From contig JBAXJR010000028.1 of the NCBI GenBank assembly GCA_037137755.1, forward strand, positions 1-29,851: 29,851 bases of DNA, read 5' to 3'. Source of the stretch: Methanomicrobiales archaeon. GTDB taxonomy: Archaea; Halobacteriota; Methanomicrobia; Methanomicrobiales; Methanospirillaceae. Position 1 is the stretch's first letter; every line of letters begins with the position of its first letter. This document shows positions 1-8,692 of this stretch, in pieces. The notes under the pieces were generated by a model. It saw only the letters and a list, made by a program, of their open reading frames with translations. It was not told the origin of the DNA and made no database searches. Position numbers and translations under genes: made by a program.

Positions 1-25
1 CAACTTTCAGCTCTTTTTTACCCAT
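1..25 (-). CDS. 5' end of a gene running off the left edge (MGKKELKV...), probably an ABC transporter component coupled to the S-layer-domain gene
   Basis: ATG at 25 (minus strand) is preceded by GGAG, overlaps the end of 7..1263 and stays open to the edge. The function is inferred only from the usual COG1361+ABC arrangement. Confidence 0.45.
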
Positions 26-1263
26 GGAAGGGCTCCATTGCCGTTTTTCCGCGGCTGGTACCAGTACATGTACGCAAGGATTCCACCAACGATAATGATC
101 AGCAGGGCAAGGAGAACCATCCCGGTATTGTCTTCAGGTATTACCCTGACTGACATCGGGCTTGAAATCGTATGAGTCCCGAGATCGTCGACGTACGTGA
201 TGATTGTTGTATACTCGTAGGTGCCACCCTTTGCGCCGTCAAGCGAAAATACAGCAGGTGCATCGTTGCCAGGCTTGATCTTGCCAATAAATGCCTGTTT
301 TGTACCGGTCATCGGGAGGTCAACAGTCGCAACCACCTGTTTTGCTTCACCTGTACCGGTATTCTCTATCCGGATGGTCAGGTCAAACGGCTGGCTTGCA
401 ATTACCCTCCGCGGGCTTGTTTCAACAGAGACAAAACCGAGCTCGGCCTTCCCTTTCATCATGACATCAATGGAAGTTGTTTCTACATGCGCTGATCCAT
501 CTATCCAGTTGTACTGGAGCGTGACCGGCACCCGGACCAGACCGGGGGGGGTGTTCCTGTCAGACAACAGGACGAGGTTAACCGTCCTGGAATCATTGGC
601 GTTTATCGCACCGATATGGTATAAATCAGTCGTCTTCGGTGCAATCATGTTGCTTACGTTATTAATCCGGACAGTCACATCATCCGTGCTGGTCTCACCC
701 CCGTTCCGGACAACAAGCATTACCGGGATCTCGTCACCAGGGTTCACCGTATCAGGGAGCGAACTTTCCACGATCATGATAGCCCTTTTCTGGATCCCCA
801 CCGGGGTGTTAACGTTAACCGGGATTGGGAACCGGGTGCTCCTCCCACCCGTGGTATCGACCCACACTTCAGGATAGTACATCCCTGTCACTGGCGGCGC
901 CCGGATGGTAAATGTCAACGGGAGCGACTGGCCCGGACCGAGTTCACCCACACGCTCGAAATCTTTGCTGATGACCAGGATCCCCTTCCCCTCGAGCTGG
1001 ACATTTTCAATATTCACATTGATGTCCGTAACTTTTGTGGTGGTGAAATCATTAGCAAAAACTCCCGCATTCTCCTTAATGGATGCGGATGATGCAGTAT
1101 TTTTCACGACAACGGTGATCGTCCCAAGACTGTCAGGCATCATTATTGGAGGGTTCACCTGGTATTCACTGATCTGTACAGTTGGATCGCCGGCAGCTGA
1201 TGCCGGAAATAGTATGCCTGCAGAGATTGCGAGTGCAATTACGAGTATGTGGATTAACTTCAT
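7..1263 (-). CDS. S-layer-domain (COG1361-like) secreted protein with C-terminal membrane anchor
   Basis: 418 aa with a signal peptide (MKLIHILVIALAISAGILFPASA), repeated Ig/CARDB-like motifs (V.N.G....V.V, IG.I.PG) and a C-terminal TM helix followed by a basic tail. Confidence 0.8.
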   Translation of the reverse strand: MKLIHILVIALAISAGILFPASAAGDPTVQISEYQVNPPIMMPDSLGTITVVVKNTASSASIKENAGVFANDFTTTKVTDINVNIENVQLEGKGILVISKDFERVGELGPGQSLPLTFTIRAPPVTGMYYPEVWVDTTGGRSTRFPIPVNVNTPVGIQKRAIMIVESSLPDTVNPGDEIPVMLVVRNGGETSTDDVTVRINNVSNMIAPKTTDLYHIGAINANDSRTVNLVLLSDRNTPPGLVRVPVTLQYNWIDGSAHVETTSIDVMMKGKAELGFVSVETSPRRVIASQPFDLTIRIENTGTGEAKQVVATVDLPMTGTKQAFIGKIKPGNDAPAVFSLDGAKGGTYEYTTIITYVDDLGTHTISSPMSVRVIPEDNTGMVLLALLIIIVGGILAYMYWYQPRKNGNGALPWVKKS

Positions 1264-1513
1264 CGTGTTCAGTCCACCCGATCAGGGAAATTTCTCAACG
1301 AGGGGGATTTATATTTCAATGGAGACTTGTTCAGAATATATTCGCATGAAGTTATAGTATATGTATTTATCAGCTTCAGTGCCCTGTTGTCCCCTTCATG
1401 CTGTGAATCGCGAAATGCATCCATCATTTCCACGTTGAAACGGGGTTGCAAATTAGTCTCGCCACCTGGAACGCAGGGGATTAAATATGTTACCTTGCAG
1501 ACCATCTCACCAG

Positions 1514-2356
1514 TCAGCTACTTAAGGAAAAATACCGTGGTATCAGCGGTATCCCCTGCTCCTGGATGGCATATAACACCCTGAACCTGCCGTCGCAGTA
1601 ATTCATCACAATTTTTTTCGGTTGTAACCTGCTCAGGTAGAATGGTGGTAATATCCGGTCGAGTTCGCTTAATCCCCCGGATAATAAGGTCTCAATATCC
1701 TTCACCGAAGGATTTGTCATTATCACTTCAATCAACAGGGAGCGCTGCTGCCGGTCAGTTACATCCAGGTCAAAAATAAGCAGTGAGTCAGTTGGGTCCT
1801 CCCCTGGAATCGTATACATCAGGGTTAATTTCCCGGCAAGCAGGTGAACGTTTTCGCTCCCAAGACGCCTGGAAAAGGTATCGGCAATGTAACCAAACGG
1901 GAGCATCCCGATCCCGATAATCAGGGTAGCCAGACCTTCCTGCAATATCCCGGTACCGCTGCGGGAAGAGATCCGGGTCTCGAGAATTTTACTTATTTCC
2001 CGGAGAATTCCGGTTTTTTCCGGTGTTAAGGTGGACATATCACACCAGATCCCGAACTTGCCATCGGGCCTGTTCACTATTGCAACCCTCTTATCCACGG
2101 TGACCCCCGACGCAGGGATAAAATCCTGATCAAATAGTTCAACATTGACGTCAAGGGCATATTCCCCATCCTCCAATCCGATAATATTACCTGAAACTAC
2201 TCTTCCTATCGGGGGTTGCCGGGGATCGTGAACAGAGTAAACGGGGATAATCACGTGATCTATCGTATCAAGATGCTGCTTCAGGTCGTCAAGAGCTACG
2301 GCGTGGTGGCCATGAAAAGCATGAGTTGTGGCGATACGGACAGATCTGCGGGTCAT
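1514..2356 (-). CDS. hypothetical protein; N-terminus resembles a prohead-protease-like fold
   Basis: 280-aa ORF containing the motif IIPVYSVHDPRQPPIGRVV...LEDGEYALDV. Confidence 0.65.
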   Translation of the reverse strand: MTRRSVRIATTHAFHGHHAVALDDLKQHLDTIDHVIIPVYSVHDPRQPPIGRVVSGNIIGLEDGEYALDVNVELFDQDFIPASGVTVDKRVAIVNRPDGKFGIWCDMSTLTPEKTGILREISKILETRISSRSGTGILQEGLATLIIGIGMLPFGYIADTFSRRLGSENVHLLAGKLTLMYTIPGEDPTDSLLIFDLDVTDRQQRSLLIEVIMTNPSVKDIETLLSGGLSELDRILPPFYLSRLQPKKIVMNYCDGRFRVLYAIQEQGIPLIPRYFSLSS

Positions 2357-2411
2357 TGCTGGTACGTAATTTTCGGTTTTCCAGGATTAATATAACCTTG
2401 TGACAAGAATT

Positions 2412-2609
2412 TTACGGTACCTCGGAATCAAGAGCAGGTAATTCCCGAACCATTTCGGGAAACAACAACAAAACAAAAAGAACGCCAAATAGGGGGATAA
2501 ACCAGAAAATATAGTCCTTTGGCCTGGTTGATAAAAGAGACATGAGCCAGTTCGCCGGATAAATGTACCAGGATAGGCAGATTAACAGCTGGATCTCCAA
2601 AACATTCAT
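2412..2609 (-). CDS. possible small membrane protein or gene remnant
   Basis: 65-aa ORF with a hydrophobic stretch (IFWFIPLFGVLFVLLLF) in an otherwise empty gap. No recognisable family. Confidence 0.25.
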   Translation of the reverse strand: MNVLEIQLLICLSWYIYPANWLMSLLSTRPKDYIFWFIPLFGVLFVLLLFPEMVRELPALDSEVP

Positions 2610-2813
2610 GCGGCTTTGCTGGGGATCACTTATATGGCTAATATCTCCGCAAGTCTGGGTTTCACTGCTTCACCCGTGCTCTTAAAATTATAAAAATCAA
2701 TTCTTTACACATGGGTCCTGAGCGAGGTTTTACATTCGCAGGCAACGGTTATGAGCCTCGGGTATATCAGGGTATACATTTTTTATCGTTCCGAAACATG
2801 CGGTAACAATTGA

Positions 2814-3446
2814 ATGGTTACACGGTTTCCACCCGATAAAGGGAGCATGGGAATAATGGTCGGCGGGATGGCCATAGCAATACTCCTATCCCTTGCGATG
2901 TTCACATTATTCATTTTCCCCGGGTACTCAGATGGGCAGGAGGCATATTCCGGACTGAGCCAAATGGCGGATTTACCAGTCATTACCAGTAATATAACAG
3001 GATATGCAGATATCTTTGGTACACTCGGACCGGTACAGGTGATTACCCCTGCTCCGAATCCGGACAAGCTCGGCGCAGTGCTGATGAAGGTCCAGCTTGA
3101 CTCTCTACGTTATGGATGGAAACCGGGAGCAGGTGTAGACCTCGACAAAAGCATGGTGATTTTTGTAAGATCTTCGGGCCGGGAAGTGATACCGAGGAAT
3201 AACGGGCTGCCCATGAAGTAACCGGGATGGGCAATTGTCCAGAAAGGGAGTACTATCCCGTACCAGGGTGCGGACCAGGACAATATCCTCGAACCTAACG
3301 AGGCTTTTATATTATTTGTCTACCCTTCCACACAACTTCCCCCATCGACACCATTTACCGTAACAATTAGCATGCTGGAGGAGACCGCGCTCACGGTAAA
3401 CCGTACCGTCCCGATGAAAATCAAACCTGTGATGAACCTTGGGTAA
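2814..3446 (+). pseudogene. archaellin-like gene interrupted by a single in-frame TAA (3219-3221)
   Basis: The N-terminal hydrophobic helix follows DKG. The same frame continues after the TAA as PGWAIVQKG...DQDNILEPNEAFILFVYPSTQLPPSTPFTVTI...LTVNRTVPMKIKPVMNLG* (stop 3444-3446), which matches the archaellin C-terminal pattern also seen in 3953..4507. A T8 tract follows. Confidence 0.8.
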
Positions 3447-3449
3447 TCG

Positions 3450-3457
3450 TTTTTTTT
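3450..3457 (+). terminator. oligo-T archaeal terminator candidate
   Basis: T8 run a few nt after the extended archaellin-like stop at 3446. Confidence 0.5.
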
Positions 3458-3607
3458 CGTTCAGCCGGGCAAATCCGGTAATATCTCATTAAAGCGACGA
3501 GACGAACTGAAATCTTCCTGGTTCTTCGAATGATCCACCGGTTTGCCACCTTGCAGATTTCTGTAATGAAAGAAGAGAATAAGAGCGGCGATTACCTAGT
3601 AGTATTC

Positions 3608-3937
3608 ATGAAGTATACAGCACGACACGTACGGAAATTCCTCGAGCAGGGGAAGATCGACCCCCAGCTCTGGAAGATGCATTTCCCTTCACTACTCGAG
3701 TCAAGAGTACCCACCTGCGAGGAATGTGATGATTTTAAAAGTAACCTCTGCACAGGCGGCAAAGACCCGGTAGAATGTTTTCTCGCGATTGAACCCTGTA
3801 CTGAGCAACAGCCTGACAACGAAACCGGAAAACAGGTTGGAAAGGATAAATCAAAAAAATACCAGTGGAAAAGCAAAGGAAAAGAAAAAATAATCCCCTC
3901 TGGTGCGAATAAGGCATATGACCAGTCAAAATTATAA
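3608..3937 (+). CDS. small Cys-motif hypothetical protein with Lys-rich tail
   Basis: Likely start is ATG 3608 (MKYTARHVRKF); the ORF is open from 3530. It has CEEC-x7-C-x8-C and is followed by T7 at 3944-3950. Confidence 0.6.
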   Translation: MKYTARHVRKFLEQGKIDPQLWKMHFPSLLESRVPTCEECDDFKSNLCTGGKDPVECFLAIEPCTEQQPDNETGKQVGKDKSKKYQWKSKGKEKIIPSGANKAYDQSKL

Positions 3938-3952
3938 CCCCTCTTTTTTTAT

Positions 3953-4507
3953 TTAGTACAGGATATTGACAGGATCCAAACCCTGTGGGACGGTTCTCCT
4001 GATACTGAATGATGCGCCCCCAGGGGGTTTGACCTCAAGGGTGAACTGTGTTCGCGGCGGGATCTTGACAGACGGTTTCGCATCGACCGTCCAAATCTGG
4101 TTATCAGAAAGGACATTTTCGTTAGAACCGGAAACATCCCATTGCCCATCCCCGGCGACCCCGGCTGTATATGCAAGGGTCTCAAGCAGGCCTTCCGTGC
4201 TTATGATCATCTGGCTGCCCCTGAAATCGACAGGGGTTCCGCCTTTTGAAAGGGTTACACCAAACCGGACAGTATCTATGCCGAGGGAGGGATCTGAGGC
4301 CAGGCCATAGATATCCCCGACAACAAGGATATTTGATGCAGCACCCTGGACCCCTGCGCTGGCTACCTTCTGGCTGGTCTGGGTGGCAAAAAATCCTGTC
4401 CCGAGCATAATATATGTGAAAACAGAGGCCACGGTGATAAACGCGATAAGAACAATTGCCGCCTCGATACCGGTAAATGCATCGTCATGCGGGTAGGGTT
4501 GTTTCAT
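3953..4507 (-). CDS. flaB: archaellin (archaeal flagellin)
   Basis: Class III signal peptide and canonical N-terminus DDA|FTGIEAAIVLIAFITVASVF...GFFATQ; C-terminus FTLEVKPPGGASFSIRRTVP...VNILY. Start is ATG 4507, or GTG 4522 as in the ORF track. Confidence 0.92.
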   Translation of the reverse strand: MKQPYPHDDAFTGIEAAIVLIAFITVASVFTYIMLGTGFFATQTSQKVASAGVQGAASNILVVGDIYGLASDPSLGIDTVRFGVTLSKGGTPVDFRGSQMIISTEGLLETLAYTAGVAGDGQWDVSGSNENVLSDNQIWTVDAKPSVKIPPRTQFTLEVKPPGGASFSIRRTVPQGLDPVNILY

Positions 4508-5172
4508 AAGAGCTCGTGACACCGGAAATCTCCGGAATATTTTGCTAATATTACCTGTGAATCTTTAAGTAATTGAGTAACGTGACTTCTTGAAGAGTAG
4601 GCATAAGGAGATATCATACACATCCACAAGAGAATGAAGTCTGCTGATGAAAAGATTGAACACAATTCATCAGGAGAATGCAGATATTGTAAAGTAAAAT
4701 GATATTTTTTTTAAACGATTGAAAATGTGAATAAGATAATTCCTGATAAATAAATTAAAAAAAAAAAAAGATGCCCGTCACCACAACAATGTTTCCTCCA
4801 CAGCTATCCAACCAACAAAAAATGAGACTTCATCACATACTCATTTGAAAAAAAACGGAGATATCGAAGGGCGAGAATACAACAGGTTTAGTACATTGTT
4901 AACAATGGATCGATTATTGCCCTGTATAGGTTCATCCTTGATATTTTCCAGTTTTACACTCACACCCCGCCCTGCGAGATCTGATATATAAAATACTAGG
5001 CAAAAGAAATGAGAGTTATAATAAATAAAACCTGGTGTAAAACGGAACGTACAATCCTGGTACGAAGCCCGCGCATGATCATTATTACCGCAGTGTTCGC
5101 AGGTGAAGGAATCATACCGTTCAAAGGGGGTAGAAGTATATTTCAGTTCTGAAAAAATCGGTTTCGATAATA

Positions 5173-6006
5173 TTGACAGTATTGATATCAAGTGTCATTA
5201 TGGCCGTTGTTGTAATGCCGGTAAGTGCAGCCTATGTTGCCGGGTTTAGCGGCATACCAACTACGGGCCCTGCCCCCCTCACAGTCCAGTTCACCGATTT
5301 ATCATCCGGGGCTCCGGCATCATGGTACTGGGATTTTGGAGATAGGACAACAGATGAAACACAAAACCCTTCGCACACCTATGCGAATCCGGGAGCTTAT
5401 TCGGTCAGGTTAACCGTAACAGGCGGGGGATTCAGTGATAGCAATGTTCAGATTGGGTATATATCGGTGGAGGTTCCAACGCCGACACCAACCGAAACCG
5501 CGACAGTGCCAATAAAAGCAGGGTTTAGCGGATCTCCCACAACTGGCACAGCACCCCTTAACGTTACGTTTACAGAATCTTCTACAGGGTCTCCAACATC
5601 ATGGAAATGGAATTTTGGGGATGGGGGTTCGAGTACTATAAAGAACCCTTCACATACCTACACGGTCCCCGGTAGTTATTCAGTCTTATTAACTGCAAAT
5701 GGCTCGGGAGGTACCAATGTAAAATCACTCACTAATTACATTACAGTGGCAGATTTTATGACACCGGTTTCAACGCAGATTCCTGACTCATTGATTCGTA
5801 ACGATGTAACAGCAGCGATACCGGCATCGACCACATATCCCGTGATTACCCGGCAGCCCACGGTTGTGGGAACTCCTGCAGCACAACATGATCAGACCGG
5901 GACTTCATTTCTCGATGCCATGATAATTGTGGTCATTGTCGTTATCGTGGAGATAGCAGCAATAATCATCTACCACAGGAACAGGGACAAGGATCCACTT
6001 GAATAA
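5173..6006 (+). CDS. cell-surface protein with two PKD domains and C-terminal TM anchor
   Basis: Two PKD repeats (APLTVQFTDLS...WDFGD...NPSHTY; APLNVTFTESS...WNFGDG...NPSHTY), a PT-rich linker and a C-terminal hydrophobic helix. The true start may be CTG 5149. Confidence 0.9.
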   Translation: MTVLISSVIMAVVVMPVSAAYVAGFSGIPTTGPAPLTVQFTDLSSGAPASWYWDFGDRTTDETQNPSHTYANPGAYSVRLTVTGGGFSDSNVQIGYISVEVPTPTPTETATVPIKAGFSGSPTTGTAPLNVTFTESSTGSPTSWKWNFGDGGSSTIKNPSHTYTVPGSYSVLLTANGSGGTNVKSLTNYITVADFMTPVSTQIPDSLIRNDVTAAIPASTTYPVITRQPTVVGTPAAQHDQTGTSFLDAMIIVVIVVIVEIAAIIIYHRNRDKDPLE

Positions 6007-6369
6007 CTGCATTATTTTACTGGTCCCGGGCTTATGGAAAACATACAATTCTTTTTAGACTAGTGAATTACCGCTGGAAACTCACTTTCACACCCCAGCC
6101 TTCAGTTACCAGTCCGGGGGTGTTATACCTCGTCTTCTCATTCCGATATAGATCCTTATTAATGGTGAAATATCAGGAAGTATGGTTGCATATTCACGCT
6201 GATGTTTTTTGCAAAGGATAATTATTGTATACAAATTCATGGTAAAAATAACTGCAAAAATTGGTTATTTTTCAATTATTAACGTCATGCAATCGCACAT
6301 TTAACATGCTAATAATAGCGTAATTATAAATACATCCAGCCAGATTGTGTAACTGGTGGAATCCCAAAA

Positions 6370-6969
6370 ATGCAGTTTAAAGATATTGTGATGCAGCGCT
6401 ACGCCGTCAAGAAATTCAACGGAGAGATGGTCCCTGAAGAGAAGATTAACGAGCTGATTGAACTAGTCAGGTTTGCACCCTCTGCCCTGAACCTGCAGCC
6501 ATGGAAAATCAGGGTTGTAACTGACCAGAAACAAAAAGAACAACTTCGACCTGCCGCTTTTAACCAGGAGCAGATTACTACCTGTTCACACCTGCTTGTT
6601 TTCTGTGCGGACCCTGATTACGACAGCCTGATAAAAAGACTCGGGACACTTTTAAAGCAGAACCACATACCCGGAGAGGTCCAGGCGATGGTGACCGGAA
6701 TGGCAGCACAGTTCGCCGGGGGCATGTCACCTGAACAGCGGCTTGCCTGGTCGCAGGCACAGACCTACCTCGCCCTGGGAAACGCATTGAACGGGGCGAA
6801 ATCCCTCGGGTTTGACTCGTGTCCGATGGGAGGATTTAACCCGGATGAATTCACCAGGATCCTGAAGATCCCAAAGCCCCTCGTCCCGGTGATGCTCTGC
6901 CCGGTCGGGTATGCGGCTGATCAACAGACGCCAAAACTGAGGTTCCGGAAAGAGGATATCCTCTTCTGA
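6370..6969 (+). CDS. nitroreductase family NAD(P)H-dependent oxidoreductase (NfsB-like)
   Basis: RYAVKKF, APSALNLQPW, LGFDSCPMGGF and C-terminal PKLRF motifs. Confidence 0.92.
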   Translation: MQFKDIVMQRYAVKKFNGEMVPEEKINELIELVRFAPSALNLQPWKIRVVTDQKQKEQLRPAAFNQEQITTCSHLLVFCADPDYDSLIKRLGTLLKQNHIPGEVQAMVTGMAAQFAGGMSPEQRLAWSQAQTYLALGNALNGAKSLGFDSCPMGGFNPDEFTRILKIPKPLVPVMLCPVGYAADQQTPKLRFRKEDILF

Positions 6970-6987
6970 ACCTGAACTGGCAGGGGA

Positions 6988-6995
6988 TTTTTTTT
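6988..6995 (+). terminator. oligo-T terminator candidate
   Basis: T8 run about 20 nt after the nitroreductase stop. Confidence 0.45.
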
Positions 6996-7123
6996 CAAAT
7001 CTCCAAATTTTGAGGGTAAATGGCAGTCCAGGTTAATTTCGTGAAATTTGAACCGCTAACTGAATTCAAGATGCGAATGAGAGAATATTCCCGGTATCAG
7101 GGAATTGTATCAATGATACTGTA

Positions 7124-7558
7124 ATGCCTGGAAACACGGGCCTTTTACCCGGGAATCAGAACCGTTTCCCTGAAGAAAAACGACGTGAGCGATTGATCGA
7201 TACCCTTGGGCTTGGGTTTTTTCTCTGGTTTCTTGGTTATATCGCATCAGTTATCCTTTATTTTTTAGTCCCTTCCGAGGTAATCGGGTGGATCCTTTTT
7301 GTTCTGTTCACACCGGTATTTGTCGTAATAACCCTGGCAAGATTCAGGGAAAGGCTGCTTCCTGTCAGGTACTATGTGGTTGTATCAGTGACCTGGACCG
7401 GAATTGCAATTGTTTTTGATTACCTGTTTATCGTCCTCATATTCAGTCCCGAAAACTATTACCACCTGAGCGTGCTCCTATATTACCTTGAAACGTTCCT
7501 TGTCCCTTTAATCGTGGGAATCCTGTACCGGCACAAGGCAATACAAATGAACTGTTGA
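7124..7558 (+). CDS. hypothetical 4-TM membrane protein
   Basis: 144 aa with four hydrophobic segments, filling the gap between genes. Confidence 0.75.
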   Translation: MPGNTGLLPGNQNRFPEEKRRERLIDTLGLGFFLWFLGYIASVILYFLVPSEVIGWILFVLFTPVFVVITLARFRERLLPVRYYVVVSVTWTGIAIVFDYLFIVLIFSPENYYHLSVLLYYLETFLVPLIVGILYRHKAIQMNC

Positions 7559-7632
7559 ATGATATAATCAATTCTGATCTCCGGTCATTGGTGCATGAAA
7601 TCCAGGATGACCGGGGGGTGGACAGTGTTGTT

Positions 7633-7875
7633 TTACGGAAAGTCTATGCACGATCCCGTAGTGCCAGGTACACAACGCCGGATCCTCCTCACGGCTAGGA
7701 ACCACCCCCTGGTAAAACCATGCTTTTCCAGTGCAAGTATCGCGTACTGTGAGCAGGTTGGATGAAACCGGCAGTAAATTCTGCGATTACGGTTATAGGT
7801 CCTCCCAAGCTTCCCATGCCAGAGGTTACGGATTAGCATAACCGAAATCAGGACACATGGGTTCCGTTGAATCAC
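7633..7875 (-). CDS. yidD: YidD-family (membrane protein insertion efficiency factor-like) protein
   Basis: Signature CRFHPTCSQYAILALEKHG...AVRRIRRC.P...G..D.P. Probable start is GTG 7875, with a TATA-like element at 7898-7905; ATG 7839 is the alternative. Confidence 0.85.
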   Translation of the reverse strand: MIQRNPCVLISVMLIRNLWHGKLGRTYNRNRRIYCRFHPTCSQYAILALEKHGFTRGWFLAVRRIRRCVPGTTGSCIDFP

Positions 7876-7909
7876 TACACATAATACTAATTGCAGGCTA
7901 TAAAACCTG

Positions 7910-8203
7910 ATGGTCCAGGAATACAAACGAACCTGCTATACCTGCGAAACAGTCTGGCATTCCCTCAAATCACGTGAAGATACCATAAAAGCCAGTGCGT
8001 CTGACGGAGAGGGGCATTTTGGGCAGGCTGAAGGATCAGCCCGGTCATGTTCGTACTGTGGAATGTGTGGCGGGACCGTGATCACAATGGGAAACAGGGG
8101 TGCAAATGGCAGTAAGACTGAACTCGATCGCCTGCGAACCTGTCCCAAATGCGGGTCACACAATTATTTTGAAGAGGTCCTGGACCAGAGGGCCCTTGAA
8201 TAA
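7910..8203 (+). CDS. zinc-ribbon hypothetical protein
   Basis: 97 aa with CYTC, CSYCGMC and CPKCGS motifs. Confidence 0.7.
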   Translation: MVQEYKRTCYTCETVWHSLKSREDTIKASASDGEGHFGQAEGSARSCSYCGMCGGTVITMGNRGANGSKTELDRLRTCPKCGSHNYFEEVLDQRALE

Positions 8204-8367
8204 GCAGAAACCTGATGGCCACGGAAAATCAGGTAAGTATGCCATTCGATCATTCACGGTCTCCTCACCATCCAACCACCCCGGTCTTTCCATCACTTTC
8301 ACCCCACACCCTGCAAGACCTGATATAGCTGGCACGCTCAGTCCTCAACCTCAGGAGTGAATGGAAC

Positions 8368-8607
8368 ATGAGCATGACTACCGGGATGAAAAATGTAAGC
8401 GTACGATGGAGAAAGGCATCACGGGCACTTAAAATCGACGACCAGAAATATGGCATCCGTCTTGCGGAAGCACTTGAAACGCACAAGGGCCCCGAATATG
8501 CGATGTTTGATGACCCCCTCGAAGCATCAGTATTTTTCCTTCTTATCGAGATGATGAAGGAGAAGGAAAAAGGCCAGATGGCTTTGGCAACAGGAAAATC
8601 TCACTAA
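8368..8607 (+). CDS. small hypothetical protein
   Basis: 79 aa with GGAGTGA upstream and a helical composition (FDDPLEASVFFLLIEMMK). Confidence 0.7.
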   Translation: MSMTTGMKNVSVRWRKASRALKIDDQKYGIRLAEALETHKGPEYAMFDDPLEASVFFLLIEMMKEKEKGQMALATGKSH

Positions 8608-8692
8608 TCAGGAATAATAAAAAAAGTGATGGTTCCCTTTTCGCAAAACCCCGGACCGGAGAGGAGGGTACTTGTTCGTTGATCCGGGGGTT

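Noticed and set aside
172-1357. Long plus-strand ORFs (also 10313..11002, 20084..20927, 21218..21739, 25113..25601 and similar)
   Set aside because: These are antisense shadows of well-supported minus-strand genes.
3219-3221. Pyrrolysine or selenocysteine recoding of the in-frame stop
   Set aside because: The codon is TAA, not TAG or TGA, so mutation or sequencing error is more parsimonious.
4688-4704. Third copy of the XRE-type operator (TGTAAAGTA...)
   Set aside because: Only the left half matches and there is no TTTACA arm. This is expected by chance in AT-rich DNA.
4841-5191. 116-aa minus-strand ORF with CEHC
   Set aside because: It overlaps the PKD gene start, has no recognisable family and shows non-coding-like composition.
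5242-5745. Internal sequence repeat
   Set aside because: It is explained by the two tandem PKD domains.
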